Notes under the pieces: generated by a model
Databases searched by the model: none
The model's input: the letters and a program-made list of their open reading frames with translations, nothing else
Told to the model about the DNA's origin: nothing
Position numbers and translations under genes: made by a program
Shown: piece after piece, positions 11,116 to 21,327 of the stretch
Layout of the letters: every line of letters starts with the position of its first letter
Numbering within the stretch: position 1 is the first letter of the stretch
Assembly: GCA_963841565.1 (NCBI GenBank)
Contig: CAWJCY010000007.1
Coordinates: 64,001-128,000 of the forward strand
DNA length: 64,000 nucleotides
DNA from: an uncultured Nitrososphaerales archaeon
Lineage (GTDB): Archaea; Thermoproteota; Nitrososphaeria; Nitrososphaerales; Nitrososphaeraceae
Direction: 5' to 3'

Positions 11116-11771
11116 AAAACGTAATTGTTTTTGTTGGTCCTAGTTTAGATACTGAAAAGGCACGAAAGGTATTGGAAGCCGACTATAGACCTCCAGCCAA
11201 GAAAGGAGATTTGATCAGATTGATTATGTCGTTAGACGATAATGAGACTGTGGTAGGACTAATTGATGGATATTTCTTGCTTGACTATCCGCCCACACCT
11301 ATTGAAGTTTATCAGTTGGTCGTCAGACACAATACTGTAGTAATAGGATCATCAAGCATAGGGGCTCTGCGAGCCGTTGAACTAGAAAAATTTGGGATGA
11401 TTGGCGTGGGAAAAATATTCCAATTATTCAAGCACGGGAGAATAGACGCGGACGACGAAGTAGCTGTAACCTTTTCTCACGACTTGTACCACCTTCAGTC
11501 TGAAGCAATGATAGATATTCGGTATAACTTATACCTATCACTGAAGAAAGGGTTTATCGATAAGGAAACCAAAAAAACTCTCACTAAGGTCGCCAAGGAT
11601 ATCTATTTCCCATTTCGTACATACCAAAATATCATTGAAGAAACCATCAGGCGATATCCTCAGCTGGATGATAAGGCAAGACGCTTCGAAGCCTATATCC
11701 TTAGAAATAGGAAGAGTCTAAAAGAGAGGGATGCTTTGAAACTTATTGAGTATATCAGAGATATGATTTAG
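11112..11771 (+). CDS. tfuA: TfuA-like protein
   Basis: ATG overlaps the ycaO stop (ATGA). VFVGPSL, PPAKKGD, GLIDGYF, GSSSIGALRAVEL, GMIGVGKIF, DDEVAV are TfuA core motifs. Confidence 0.92.
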   Translation: MKNVIVFVGPSLDTEKARKVLEADYRPPAKKGDLIRLIMSLDDNETVVGLIDGYFLLDYPPTPIEVYQLVVRHNTVVIGSSSIGALRAVELEKFGMIGVGKIFQLFKHGRIDADDEVAVTFSHDLYHLQSEAMIDIRYNLYLSLKKGFIDKETKKTLTKVAKDIYFPFRTYQNIIEETIRRYPQLDDKARRFEAYILRNRKSLKERDALKLIEYIRDMI

Positions 11772-12019
11772 AAATGTTCAAAAGACGGTATGAATATGTT
11801 TTTTTCAATTTGATGCAGGTCATAACTCTTAGCTCCGCCCACGAGCAGATTACAGGTGAGTGTATCAACCTGATCTATTTGCAATTTAGACCTCTAATGA
11901 TAGGACAAAAGGAAAATATTCGAAGCCCAGTCGAATCGGTATAATTTTTGAATACATGCACACTACAAATTTATCAGAAAGAAGATAGTCTATGATAAAA
12001 TCTCGAGGTATTGGAACAC

Positions 12020-13207
12020 ATGCAGCCCATTGAACTGATATCACTTTATACAATTGGTTTTATCATGTTTGGAGTCTTGCTCACTTGGGCGCGGTTGTTA
12101 ACGTATTGCAGGAGATCATTGAAATATTCGCCGAAACTTGAAGACATAAGAAAACTAAATCTTAATCCTATGCCTCGGGTCAGCATAATTGTACCTGCAT
12201 TGAATGAGGAGAATTATATAGGCAGGTGCCTACAAAGCCTTCTCGCTCAGGATTATCATAATCTTGAGATAATATCCATAGATGATGACTCAACAGATAG
12301 TACTCTTATGACCATGAAGTCAGTAGCATCAATAGACCAAAGAATTCGCGTAATCGAGGCTGGGCAGAGGCCAAGTGGCTGGGTGGGGAAAAATTGGGCA
12401 TGCTTTATTGGTTATAATAATTCGACGGGAGATATTCTTATCTTTACTGATGCAGATACTGTTCACTCAGAACAGACTGTTACCTTAGCAGTAAACCATA
12501 TGTTGCAAGAGAACCTCTCCGCGATTACGGCAATTCCTAGGTTGATGTCTGAAGATTTTCTAACTAGCGTCACATTACCTCTACTCTCAGTCTTCTTACA
12601 AACCAAGTTTTCTCCTCTGAAAGTAAACGATTCTGCAAACAAGTTGGGGTATTTTTTTGGAAGTTTTTTTGCTATTATACGAGGCCACTATGAGTCCATT
12701 GGTACTCACAAAGAAGTGCGCACGGAAATAATTGAAGATGGTGCAATTGGGTCGCTTGTAAAAAAAAGAGGGATAAAGATGAAAATGTTTAGAGGAGAAA
12801 ATTGTGTTGATGCATTGTGGGCAAGGGACCGACGAGGATTGTGGAATGGTCTTTTGCGACTGTTGGTTCCTATGCATAGGGAACAAGGTAAGAAGACAGT
12901 TCCGATGGTGATTGCAATTGCCTTTTTAATGTTATTTCCGTTCATTGCTTTACCAGCAGGAATTTATTTTGCATACCGAGTGGAAACCAGCTTGCTAGGT
13001 ATTTTTCTTGCAAGCGCCGCACTGGGTACTTTGTGCATCATGATGATAACAACTGTGCTCATCCTGTCCCAATCGATTAAGACCAGTAAGAAATTAGCCC
13101 TCGGGTCGCTAGTAGGGGCAACCGTCATAACATTGTCTTTTTTTGTTTCCCTGCTTAGAGCAAACAAGCCTCAGTCATTTGCCTGGAAAGGAAGAACGTA
13201 CGTGTAG
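12020..13207 (+). CDS. Membrane GT2 family glycosyltransferase (HpnB/CruC-like)
   Basis: VSIIVPALNEE, DDDSTD, GWVGKNWAC, FTDAD, IIED; N- and C-terminal transmembrane helices; ends WKGR. Confidence 0.88.
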   Translation: MQPIELISLYTIGFIMFGVLLTWARLLTYCRRSLKYSPKLEDIRKLNLNPMPRVSIIVPALNEENYIGRCLQSLLAQDYHNLEIISIDDDSTDSTLMTMKSVASIDQRIRVIEAGQRPSGWVGKNWACFIGYNNSTGDILIFTDADTVHSEQTVTLAVNHMLQENLSAITAIPRLMSEDFLTSVTLPLLSVFLQTKFSPLKVNDSANKLGYFFGSFFAIIRGHYESIGTHKEVRTEIIEDGAIGSLVKKRGIKMKMFRGENCVDALWARDRRGLWNGLLRLLVPMHREQGKKTVPMVIAIAFLMLFPFIALPAGIYFAYRVETSLLGIFLASAALGTLCIMMITTVLILSQSIKTSKKLALGSLVGATVITLSFFVSLLRANKPQSFAWKGRTYV

Positions 13208-13262
13208 AACTAAGTTAAGAATAGTGTTTATTAGTCAAGGTGTAACAGATAACGATGCATTG

Positions 13263-14450
13263 ATGCGATGTGATAACGATCTGGAGCATGTATCCGAGTT
13301 ATTAGATGAATTAAAGCATTCTTCTTACCATATCAGTGGTGAGCAGGCTCTGTCGTTATTCTACGATGCTAGGTTAGAACAACTAGTTGAGTGTTCTTCA
13401 TATTTGCGCAATAAATTTAAACCCTCAATCTTGACTTATTCTCGAAAGGTCTTTGTAAATCTTGTAAATCTGTGTCGCGATACATGTTCCTACTGCACGT
13501 ACAAAAAGGAACCTGGAGAGACTACAATTTCAATGCTCGATCCCGAAAAGGTTTTGGCTATAGTGGAGGTTGCAAAGCGACTGAAATGTACTGAGGCATT
13601 AATCGTTACAGGGGAAAGACCAGAAGTTCGATACCCAGAGGTACGCAGTTGGCTTCAAAAAATGGGGTTCTCTACATTGCCTGAGTATATCGGTGAAATA
13701 AGTGAAATGATTATCAAGAAAACAGGATTACTGCCTCACACTAATGCTGGGAGCCTCTCCAAACAAGAGTTACTCGCTCTAAGGGAAAACAATGCTAGCA
13801 TGGGATTGATGTTAGAATCCTCAAGTATTAGACTATCGAGTCGAGGGATGCCTCACGAGAGGGCACCAAGCAAACATCCTAGGGTAAGAATAAAATCGCT
13901 GACTTCATGTGGTGAGCTAAATATCCCAACTACGACTGGACTACTTTTAGGTATTGGGGAGACGCCTGAGGAAATTATTGAATCGTTGCTTCTTATTAAA
14001 TCGCTACATGAGTCATTCGGGCATATACAGGAAGTAATAATGCAAAACTTTTCACCGAAGGATGGAACATCAATGTCTGATCATCCAGCCCCCTCTAGGG
14101 AATATTTCATGAGAGCAGTAGCGGTAGCTAGAATTTTAATGCCCAAAATGAACATTCAGGTACCTCCAAATCTCAACGAATCCCTAGAAGACTATATTGG
14201 CGTGGGTATTAATGATTGGGGTGGAATATCGCCTCTTACCATCGATTACGTCAATCCAGAACACCCTTGGCCCCCTATAGAACATGTAAATCGGGTGTGT
14301 TTGAAGAAGGGATTTCAACTAAAGGCCCGATTGCCTGTATATCCAGAGTTTTTGAAAAATGGTCGGTCTTATGTTTCCCATCACGTCAGTTCTTCAATTG
14401 AAGCACTCTCTGATGACGTAGGTTTAGTAAAGGAGTCATACCTGATTTGA
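13263..14450 (+). CDS. cofG: FO synthase subunit CofG (radical SAM, F420 biosynthesis)
   Basis: TYSRKVF..CRDTCSYC, LPHTNAG, SMGLMLE, QVPPNL, DWGGISP.T.DYVNPE. Start approximate. Confidence 0.93.
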   Translation: MRCDNDLEHVSELLDELKHSSYHISGEQALSLFYDARLEQLVECSSYLRNKFKPSILTYSRKVFVNLVNLCRDTCSYCTYKKEPGETTISMLDPEKVLAIVEVAKRLKCTEALIVTGERPEVRYPEVRSWLQKMGFSTLPEYIGEISEMIIKKTGLLPHTNAGSLSKQELLALRENNASMGLMLESSSIRLSSRGMPHERAPSKHPRVRIKSLTSCGELNIPTTTGLLLGIGETPEEIIESLLLIKSLHESFGHIQEVIMQNFSPKDGTSMSDHPAPSREYFMRAVAVARILMPKMNIQVPPNLNESLEDYIGVGINDWGGISPLTIDYVNPEHPWPPIEHVNRVCLKKGFQLKARLPVYPEFLKNGRSYVSHHVSSSIEALSDDVGLVKESYLI

Positions 14451-15710
14451 ATATAGAAAGCCTTCTCAAGACGGTTGACCCTCTTATTTCAGAGGCTTTG
14501 AATTTGGCAATTGATGGAAAGGAGATATCTGTTGACCAGGCAGTGGAATTGTTCGATACTAGCGGGATTGAAATGAACTTATTGACCTCTATTGGAGACG
14601 AGTTGCGAAGAAGAGCATGTGGAAACGTTGTAACGTATGTCATCAACAGAAACGTGAACTTCACTAATGTATGTATAAAGCGGTGTGGTTTTTGCGCATT
14701 TAGCCGTGATTTCAGACAGGAAGAAGGTTACTTCTTGCCTGTCGAGGAAGTTGTTCGACGAGCTGTAGAAGCCTATCGGTTGGGTGCCACTGAGGTCTGC
14801 ATCCAGGCAGGTCTAGCCCCAAATATGGAGGGTTCTCTTTATCCAGATATCTGTAAAGCAATTAAGCGTGAAATACCGGATATCCACATTCATGGGTTTT
14901 CCCCTGAAGAAGTATTATATGGAGCCAGAATGAGTAACAATAGTGTTAGAGATTTCTTATCTTGGCTTAAAGAATCTGGTGTAGGAAGTCTACCTGGAAC
15001 ATCAGCAGAGATACTGGATCAAGAAGTTAGAGACTTAATTTCTCCAGGTCGAATATCTGTTAATGATTGGATAGATGTCATTAAGACAGCCCATAGATTA
15101 GGCATTCCTACTACCTCAACTATCATGTACGGACATATTGAATCCAATTTCCACAAGGCCAACCATATTGACATATTACGTAAGATCCAGAAGGAAACTG
15201 GTGGCATTACAGAGTTCGTCCCTCTTAAGCTTCGTATATCAGGAAGCACCTATGCACAGCCGCATTAATTTGAAGAACATGCGTGAAGCAGGAGCCGGAG
15301 CAACAGATATTGTAAAAATGTACTCCGTTTCTAGACTGATGCTTCATAACTATGTGAAGAATATACAGGTTTCGTGGGTAAAAGAAGGCTCAAAAATGTC
15401 TCAATTTCTTTTGTGCGCTGGGGCAAACGATTTTGGTGGTACACTTATAAATGAAAGTATCTCCACATCTGCTGGTTCAATTCATGGTCAAATTATGAGA
15501 CCTCGGGAAATAAGAACCCAAATCAAGGGTTTAGGACGGATCCCTGCTCAGCGCAATACATTATATGAGATATTACAAATAAACTCGGGAGCCGAAGAGG
15601 ATTGCCAGACCGAACTTGATCAAGTAAACACCGAGGATTTTGGATCCTATAGAGAGCTTATCAAGCTTGACAAATATAGGTACAAACATTCTTTACGAGA
15701 TCGCAATTAG
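14447..15710 (+). CDS. cofH: FO synthase subunit CofH (apparent +1 frameshift at ~15227)
   Basis: VTYVINRNVNFTNVCIKRCGFCAF, PGTSAEIL, TIMYGH. Restored EFVPLSFVY continues to NIQVSWVK and GANDFGGTLINESI. Confidence 0.93.
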
Positions 15711-15952
15711 CTTAGGTTTGTTTTTTCCATAATCAGCATGGTCAGAGTAGACTTAACTCCATTCATCCGTCTGATTTTCAAGCTAATAAAGTCCTTTAAT
15801 CCTTCCATTGAATCCGCTTCTACCTTTAGCATGATATCATATACGCCATAAATCGCGTAGGCCTCCTCAACTCCAGGTAGTTTTTTCATCTCCTCGGCCA
15901 ACGGACCTTCATATCCTAGTTCTGCATTCAGCAATACAAAAGCTCTTGGCAT
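15707..15952 (-). CDS. Lrp/AsnC ligand-binding (RAM) domain protein
   Basis: AFVLLN..G, GVYDIMLKVEA, IRRMNGVKSTLT. Confidence 0.88.
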   Translation of the reverse strand: MPRAFVLLNAELGYEGPLAEEMKKLPGVEEAYAIYGVYDIMLKVEADSMEGLKDFISLKIRRMNGVKSTLTMLIMEKTNLS

Positions 15953-16112
15953 TATCCAATCGTTGGGTGTGATTATACTTTAATCTAACTGTTGACCTCT
16001 ACTGACCTTCATTTGAAGTGCCAAAGATTAATCTAGTGAAGCTTAAATTGGCTTTTGTTTTGGGTAGGATCGGTAACGTTTAAGAGTGATACAGAAACCT
16101 TTAGGAAAGCAG

Positions 16113-17873
16113 ATGGAGACGCAATTCAACTTGGCCCGCCTTAAATGGCAAACATTGCAACACAATGGAATTGCATTTCCTTCAGAATACAAACCGAGGG
16201 GCATTACTATTGCCATTCTCGGAGAACAGTATCTGTTGAATGCTGCCCAAGAAGAATTGATCTATGCTTGGTCCAGAAAGAAGGATACTCATTACGTCAA
16301 GGATACCGTGTTCGAATCAAATTTCATTATTGATCTAAGAAGCGTACTTCCTCCTAAGTTCGGATCTGTCAGTAAGATGTCCGAATTGGATCTGTCGAAT
16401 GCTTACCGTCTAGTAGATGAAGAGAACAGATTGAAGGTAGAAGAGAAAGAGCGGATTAGAAATCTACCTCGAGATGAAAGAAGGCGTATATCTAATTCCA
16501 AGAAAATTGAGCGAGAACGAATTCGTTCGATTTATGGTTTGGCAACTGTTGATGGTGCGACGGTTGAAATAGCGAATTGGCTGGTGGAACCTCCAGGCCT
16601 ATTCATGGGTAGAGGACAACATCCACTGCGAGGCCGATGGAAACCCAGGGTACAGCCACAAGATGTAATTTTAAACCTTGGAGAAAACGCTGAAGTCCCT
16701 GAAGGAAACTGGAAGGCAATTGTTAATGATCATACCTCAACCTGGCTCGCGACATGGATGGAAAAACTAACTGGCAAAAGAAAGTACATGTGGCTTCATG
16801 ATTCATCCACCCTACGTCAGAACAGTGATAAGGAAAAATACGATAGAGCTGATGTACTAGGGAAGCATATTGACAAAGTTCACGAAAGGATAGTGAGCAA
16901 GATGATTAATTCGAAAGATTTGAGTCAGAAGAAAATATCAACTGTCTGCTACTTGATTAATAAGCTTGCAATGAGAGTTGGAGATGAAAAAGATCCTGAC
17001 GAGGCGGACACTGTAGGCGCGTCGACGTTACGGGTGGAACATATCAGGTTTCCAGTTCGTCAAGGAGTAAAAAGTATAGAATTCAATTTTCTAGGAAAAG
17101 ACAGCGTCCCCTGGCAAAAAAGCTTGGAAGTGAATTCGCGCGATACAGAAGCACTACTTACGAACATAGAATTATTCATGAAGGCCAAGAAACCTAACGA
17201 ACAGATTTTCGATGGGATAACCTCTGCGAAGGTAAATTCATTTCTTAGAACAATCGATAAAAACAGGGTTCCCGGTTTGACTGCAAAGGTCTTCAGAACC
17301 TTCATAGCGACTCAAATTGTTAAAGAAGCTCTTGCACGTCCTCCAATCAAAGTAAACAAGGAGTCATCGGAAATGGAAAAAATATACATGGCCAAAAAGG
17401 CGAATCTCGTTGCTGCTATTACTTGTAACCATAAAAAGGGAATTGATTCAAACAATCCTGCTAGCAAGCAAGCCCTAGAGAGGTTTCAAAAATCAGTGGA
17501 AAAGAAAGAAGAGGTTATCAGAAAAATTGAGAACGATATAGCCTCTCATAAATGGAAGACTGATTTACAAAAGAAAAGAATGATGGACAGGCTGGATAAG
17601 GTCCAAATAACGTTGCAACTACAAAAGGAAACTCGTGATTATAACCTTGGGACTTCACTTAGAAATTATATAGACCCAAGAGTCGTGAAATCATGGATGA
17701 ACCATGTGGGTCTTGATTGGAAGAGGCTCTTTACAGCAACCTTGCAACGTAAATTTAAATGGGTTGAAATATATTCTGATGCCGAGTTGCGACAATATCT
17801 CCCTGCAGTCGACGAAATTGGGTACCGTAAATCCGAGACCGTGATTCAAGAGGAAAGTTTGACTAAAAGTTAA
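16113..17873 (+). CDS. DNA topoisomerase IB (eukaryote-like, thaumarchaeal)
   Basis: KWQTLQHNG, EPPGLFMGRGQHP, MRVGDEK, FLGKDS, AKVFRT, CNH, catalytic SLRNYIDPR. Confidence 0.95.
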   Translation: METQFNLARLKWQTLQHNGIAFPSEYKPRGITIAILGEQYLLNAAQEELIYAWSRKKDTHYVKDTVFESNFIIDLRSVLPPKFGSVSKMSELDLSNAYRLVDEENRLKVEEKERIRNLPRDERRRISNSKKIERERIRSIYGLATVDGATVEIANWLVEPPGLFMGRGQHPLRGRWKPRVQPQDVILNLGENAEVPEGNWKAIVNDHTSTWLATWMEKLTGKRKYMWLHDSSTLRQNSDKEKYDRADVLGKHIDKVHERIVSKMINSKDLSQKKISTVCYLINKLAMRVGDEKDPDEADTVGASTLRVEHIRFPVRQGVKSIEFNFLGKDSVPWQKSLEVNSRDTEALLTNIELFMKAKKPNEQIFDGITSAKVNSFLRTIDKNRVPGLTAKVFRTFIATQIVKEALARPPIKVNKESSEMEKIYMAKKANLVAAITCNHKKGIDSNNPASKQALERFQKSVEKKEEVIRKIENDIASHKWKTDLQKKRMMDRLDKVQITLQLQKETRDYNLGTSLRNYIDPRVVKSWMNHVGLDWKRLFTATLQRKFKWVEIYSDAELRQYLPAVDEIGYRKSETVIQEESLTKS

Positions 17874-18058
17874 ACGGTTTATGATATACTTCTTCATTGG
17901 AGTGTGCAAGACCCTCAAACTTGAATATTTCAGAACTATAGTTGAACCTGAGAATTCTGGGCCGTTCCCTGAAGTTTCAAAATTTCAACTCGAGCATAAT
18001 TGCTGTGTTTGCCAAAATCATTCACCAAGTATAAATATTTGATCTCTTATATTAGAAC

Positions 18059-18571
18059 ATGGATGAATTTTCAGCAGAACCTACGAGTATGTCCTTTCTC
18101 CTAATGGCACCTGCTAGGAAACTCGCTGATTCGAATGTAGCAATGGCAGACTACAACGACTCTGCTGACACGGCCATAAGATTGATGAAGGAAAAACAGA
18201 CAAAGTGTGTATTGCTTTCTAGAGGCGGTGAGGCAATTGGAATAGTGACCAAGACAGATATTCTTTACAAGGTATTATCTCAAGGGAAGAATCCATCGAA
18301 GGTACGGCTTGAGGAAATCATGACTAGTCCTATACTGGCAGTGGACCCTGATTCCACAGTGCAGGAAGCATTATCTATAATGGATAAGCACGCTATTCGT
18401 CAGATCGTCGTCAGCTCAAATTCGTCTGTCATTGGGATTATTTCGAGGGATGATCTTTTTGAGAGAGAGCAACTTACAACAACCTCAGCTGAAGACTCTG
18501 CTATAGAAGGTACGCCAGTATGTATCATAAATCCAGAAGCTATTCTATTTAGTAAGGACAGTGAAGTCTAG
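18059..18571 (+). CDS. CBS-domain protein
   Basis: Tandem CBS motifs (GIVTKTDIL, IMTSP..VDPD.TV.EAL, GIISRDDL); TATAAA ~25 nt upstream. Confidence 0.85.
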   Translation: MDEFSAEPTSMSFLLMAPARKLADSNVAMADYNDSADTAIRLMKEKQTKCVLLSRGGEAIGIVTKTDILYKVLSQGKNPSKVRLEEIMTSPILAVDPDSTVQEALSIMDKHAIRQIVVSSNSSVIGIISRDDLFEREQLTTTSAEDSAIEGTPVCIINPEAILFSKDSEV

Positions 18572-18815
18572 GCAGCGGCATTTTTTTTTGGCCAAGGACA
18601 TTCGATTAAATGGCTTATTTGGTTCCCACTTAAACGTACATTCCTCTGAACACTAGAGGGATGCAGATGAAATACGGAGGAATATATTTTCAATTCCTAG
18701 GACAAAAATCAAATTCATGGCGTATAGTTTTTAAAAATCAAAATAAGATCCATAAGACTTGGGGAGATATCTTTATTAGAGTAGGCCATCAATTGCTGAA
18801 CGCAACGCTGAGCTT

Positions 18816-18890
18816 GCCGGGGTAGCTCAGCTTGGTCAGAGCGTTCGACTCATAATCGAAAGGTCGCGGGCTCAAGTCCCGCCTCCGGCA
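18816..18890 (+). tRNA. tRNA-Met (CAT), elongator type, intronless
   Basis: Acceptor GCCGGGG/CTCCGGC, discriminator A, anticodon arm TTCGA-CTCATAA-TCGAA, T arm GCGGG-CTCAAGT-CCCGC. Confidence 0.92.
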
Positions 18891-19277
18891 CACTCTCAAA
18901 ATTTCCATTTTTTCCCAACACACAGGCTTTGATCATTTATGATTTGGCCGCTCAACTTTAGCTAATATGCCTCATAAGTAAAATTGGGTTGCACTAAATA
19001 TAGATCGTGACGATTATTTGAGATTTGATACTGAAGGTGTTTGAACTTTAGTTGACGGTAAGACTAGTGATATGACGAGACAGAACTACAACGGTTGTTA
19101 TACCAAGCACTTTTATCTTGTCTAAAAGTCATTCGTTAGGAGATGACCATTTTTATTCTTGAAGACTTTTAATTGCAATCTGATCCAAATTGAGTACCGG
19201 TATCTCAGCTCTGAATTGATCAGCATGAACTATAACAGTGAGTTTATCACTTCCGATCATTTGAGAAGTATGCAACC

Positions 19278-19616
19278 ATGACAACAAATCCTGATTTCTA
19301 TCGGACTTTGAAGGTATCTAAGACATTTCAAATCCGCAGCACGGAGGACATAACAAATATCGTGACTCAGTTGGCAGACTTTATCGAAAAGAATGTTTCT
19401 TTGCATGATTTGAGTGTAAGAATACTTCTCCCCAGAGAGGCTGGTAGTGGTTCACGTGCACAGAAATGGGGATTATCTCTTCGATCTGGATTGATTTTAG
19501 CGTTGAAAAGGAAAGGAGTAAGACCAAATCTAAAAGAAGTGAGGTACGTTCACGATGAATATCACTATGGATGGATATTGATCGAGCCCCGTCTATTCGA
19601 TAATTTATGTGTTTAA
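19278..19616 (+). CDS. Hypothetical protein between two tRNAs
   Basis: Clean 112-aa ORF with ATG start; no recognised motif. Confidence 0.7.
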   Translation: MTTNPDFYRTLKVSKTFQIRSTEDITNIVTQLADFIEKNVSLHDLSVRILLPREAGSGSRAQKWGLSLRSGLILALKRKGVRPNLKEVRYVHDEYHYGWILIEPRLFDNLCV

Positions 19617-19676
19617 TAGTTATTCCGAAAATTTTGAAATGTAAGAAATTAAATTTGGAACGTTTGATACACAAAG

Positions 19677-19780
19677 GGCCTTCGGAGGGATTTGAACCCT
19701 CCTCAAGCGGTTTCTGCCATAAGTGATTACCGTATCTCGTCCACAGCCGCCTATACTGACCAGGCTATACTACGAAGGCC
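19677..19780 (-). tRNA. tRNA-His (GTG) with encoded G-1 and a 29-nt canonical 37/38 intron (19712-19740)
   Basis: G-GCCTTCG/CGAAGGC-C acceptor, GGTTCAAATCC T arm; bulge-helix-bulge from CTGT pairing with intronic GCAG. Confidence 0.95.
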
Positions 19781-20106
19781 ACTTCATATCATGTGCAATT
19801 ATAGTGCTATATATAATTTCTAAGTCGGGGTTTCTGATGATGACATGAGGGTTTTCTTTATCTTTGACTCAGCAAGGCCTAACTCGTCACGTGGATTCGG
19901 AAGAAATGATCATCACGTACGGTAAATGATATGTAATATGCCACCTTTCCCTTCAATCTAGTAAATCGAGTATAATTATAAACATGTCCAATCTATCATG
20001 CTTACCGAAAATCTTGGTAAGAAATGTGATCTTGAGTTGACTCTCAGGATCTTCGTTTTCAATTTAAAGACTTAAATCTCGATGAGTAGTCTTGATTCCA
20101 CTTAGC

Positions 20107-21135
20107 ATGAGCTGCTCAGGAGAGTATAATTCCCACAACTCAGGAAATAATCTAATCCAGATCGATACAAATGCGAGAGCTAAATTGCTAAACGCAAAGT
20201 ATGGTGTGTACAACCATTCAGCAGTGGAATTATGTCACTGGACCAAAAAATCTTTTGCTAACGAGGGAGATTGTTATAAGCGAAGATTTTACGGAATCTC
20301 GACTCATAGGTGCATGGAAATGACTCCAACAGCACTAAACTGCGAAAATCGCTGCGTCTATTGCTGGAGGCCTACAGAATTCTATGATACTCTCATGATG
20401 CCAGAAGACCTAGTTGATGAACCAGATGCAATTGTAGCTAATTTGATTGAAGAACGAAGAAGACTTTTGACTGGATTTTATGGTCATAAGAAGTACGACA
20501 AGAATAAACTTGACGAAGCATTATTTCCACAACATTATGCAATCTCGCTTTCTGGAGAACCTACAATGTACCCAAAATTACCTGCACTGATCAGATATCT
20601 TAGGAAATTGCCAACGACCAAATCGATATTTTTGGTTACTAACGGACAAGAACCTCAAATGTTAGATTTACTAGCAGAAGAAAACTCTCTTCCTACCCAG
20701 CTCTATCTGTCTACGAACGCGGTGAACAGGCTTAGTTTTATTAAAATAAATAGACCCAGACATCCAGACGCATGGGAAAGGTGGCTGTCGAGTTTCCAGT
20801 TTCTTGCTAGGTGTGAAACGAGAACAGTAATTAGAATTACCCTCGTTAGGAGTCATAATTTTAATCATGAAACAATAGTACAGCTTTCTAAACTAATTCC
20901 TAAAGCCAATCCCCATTTTATCGAGATAAAATCATACATGCATGTAGGCATGTCAACACAGCGATTAGAGAGGCAAAATATGCTCGAAATGGAAGAGGTT
21001 AGGGATTTTTCAGGAAAACTTTGCGAAATGCTTCCGGGCTTCAAAGTGATGGACGAGAGTGAGATTTCTAGGATAGTAGTTTTGCAGAATATGAACAGGT
21101 ATACTGATAGGTTCATCTCGTCGTACTTGCATTAA
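20107..21135 (+). CDS. taw1: 4-demethylwyosine synthase TYW1/Taw1 (radical SAM)
   Basis: HSAVELCHW, CYKRRFYGI.THRC, CENRCVYCWRP, ISLSGEPT.YP. Confidence 0.95.
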   Translation: MSCSGEYNSHNSGNNLIQIDTNARAKLLNAKYGVYNHSAVELCHWTKKSFANEGDCYKRRFYGISTHRCMEMTPTALNCENRCVYCWRPTEFYDTLMMPEDLVDEPDAIVANLIEERRRLLTGFYGHKKYDKNKLDEALFPQHYAISLSGEPTMYPKLPALIRYLRKLPTTKSIFLVTNGQEPQMLDLLAEENSLPTQLYLSTNAVNRLSFIKINRPRHPDAWERWLSSFQFLARCETRTVIRITLVRSHNFNHETIVQLSKLIPKANPHFIEIKSYMHVGMSTQRLERQNMLEMEEVRDFSGKLCEMLPGFKVMDESEISRIVVLQNMNRYTDRFISSYLH

Positions 21136-21327
21136 GGATGCAATAAATAAATTAATAAAATCTGCTCCAAATTCATGGAATTGCTTATCATTATTTACTG
21201 CCAATTATAGAATCTTCTTCAATAGATTGAAGACATAAAATGGTCAAGTTATTTTTGTCCTCTGCCAAAATCCGATTACATCTAATTTTTTTATAGGCCC
21301 CTCTAAATTGCTAGTAAGGTCCGCCAA

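Noticed and set aside
11768-11884. 38-aa minus-strand ORF after tfuA containing a GG (LQIDQVDTLTCNLLVGGAKSYDLHQ...) as a possible core-bearing precursor
   Set aside because: TTG start, no leader consensus before the GG, and a length expected by chance. Worth revisiting only if conserved.
16113-17873. Eukaryote-like topoisomerase IB as a horizontal transfer
   Set aside because: It is an established Nitrososphaerota hallmark.
18572-20091. tRNA-flanked region as an integrated element
   Set aside because: No integrase or transposase, and no duplicated tRNA 3' end (att site) seen.
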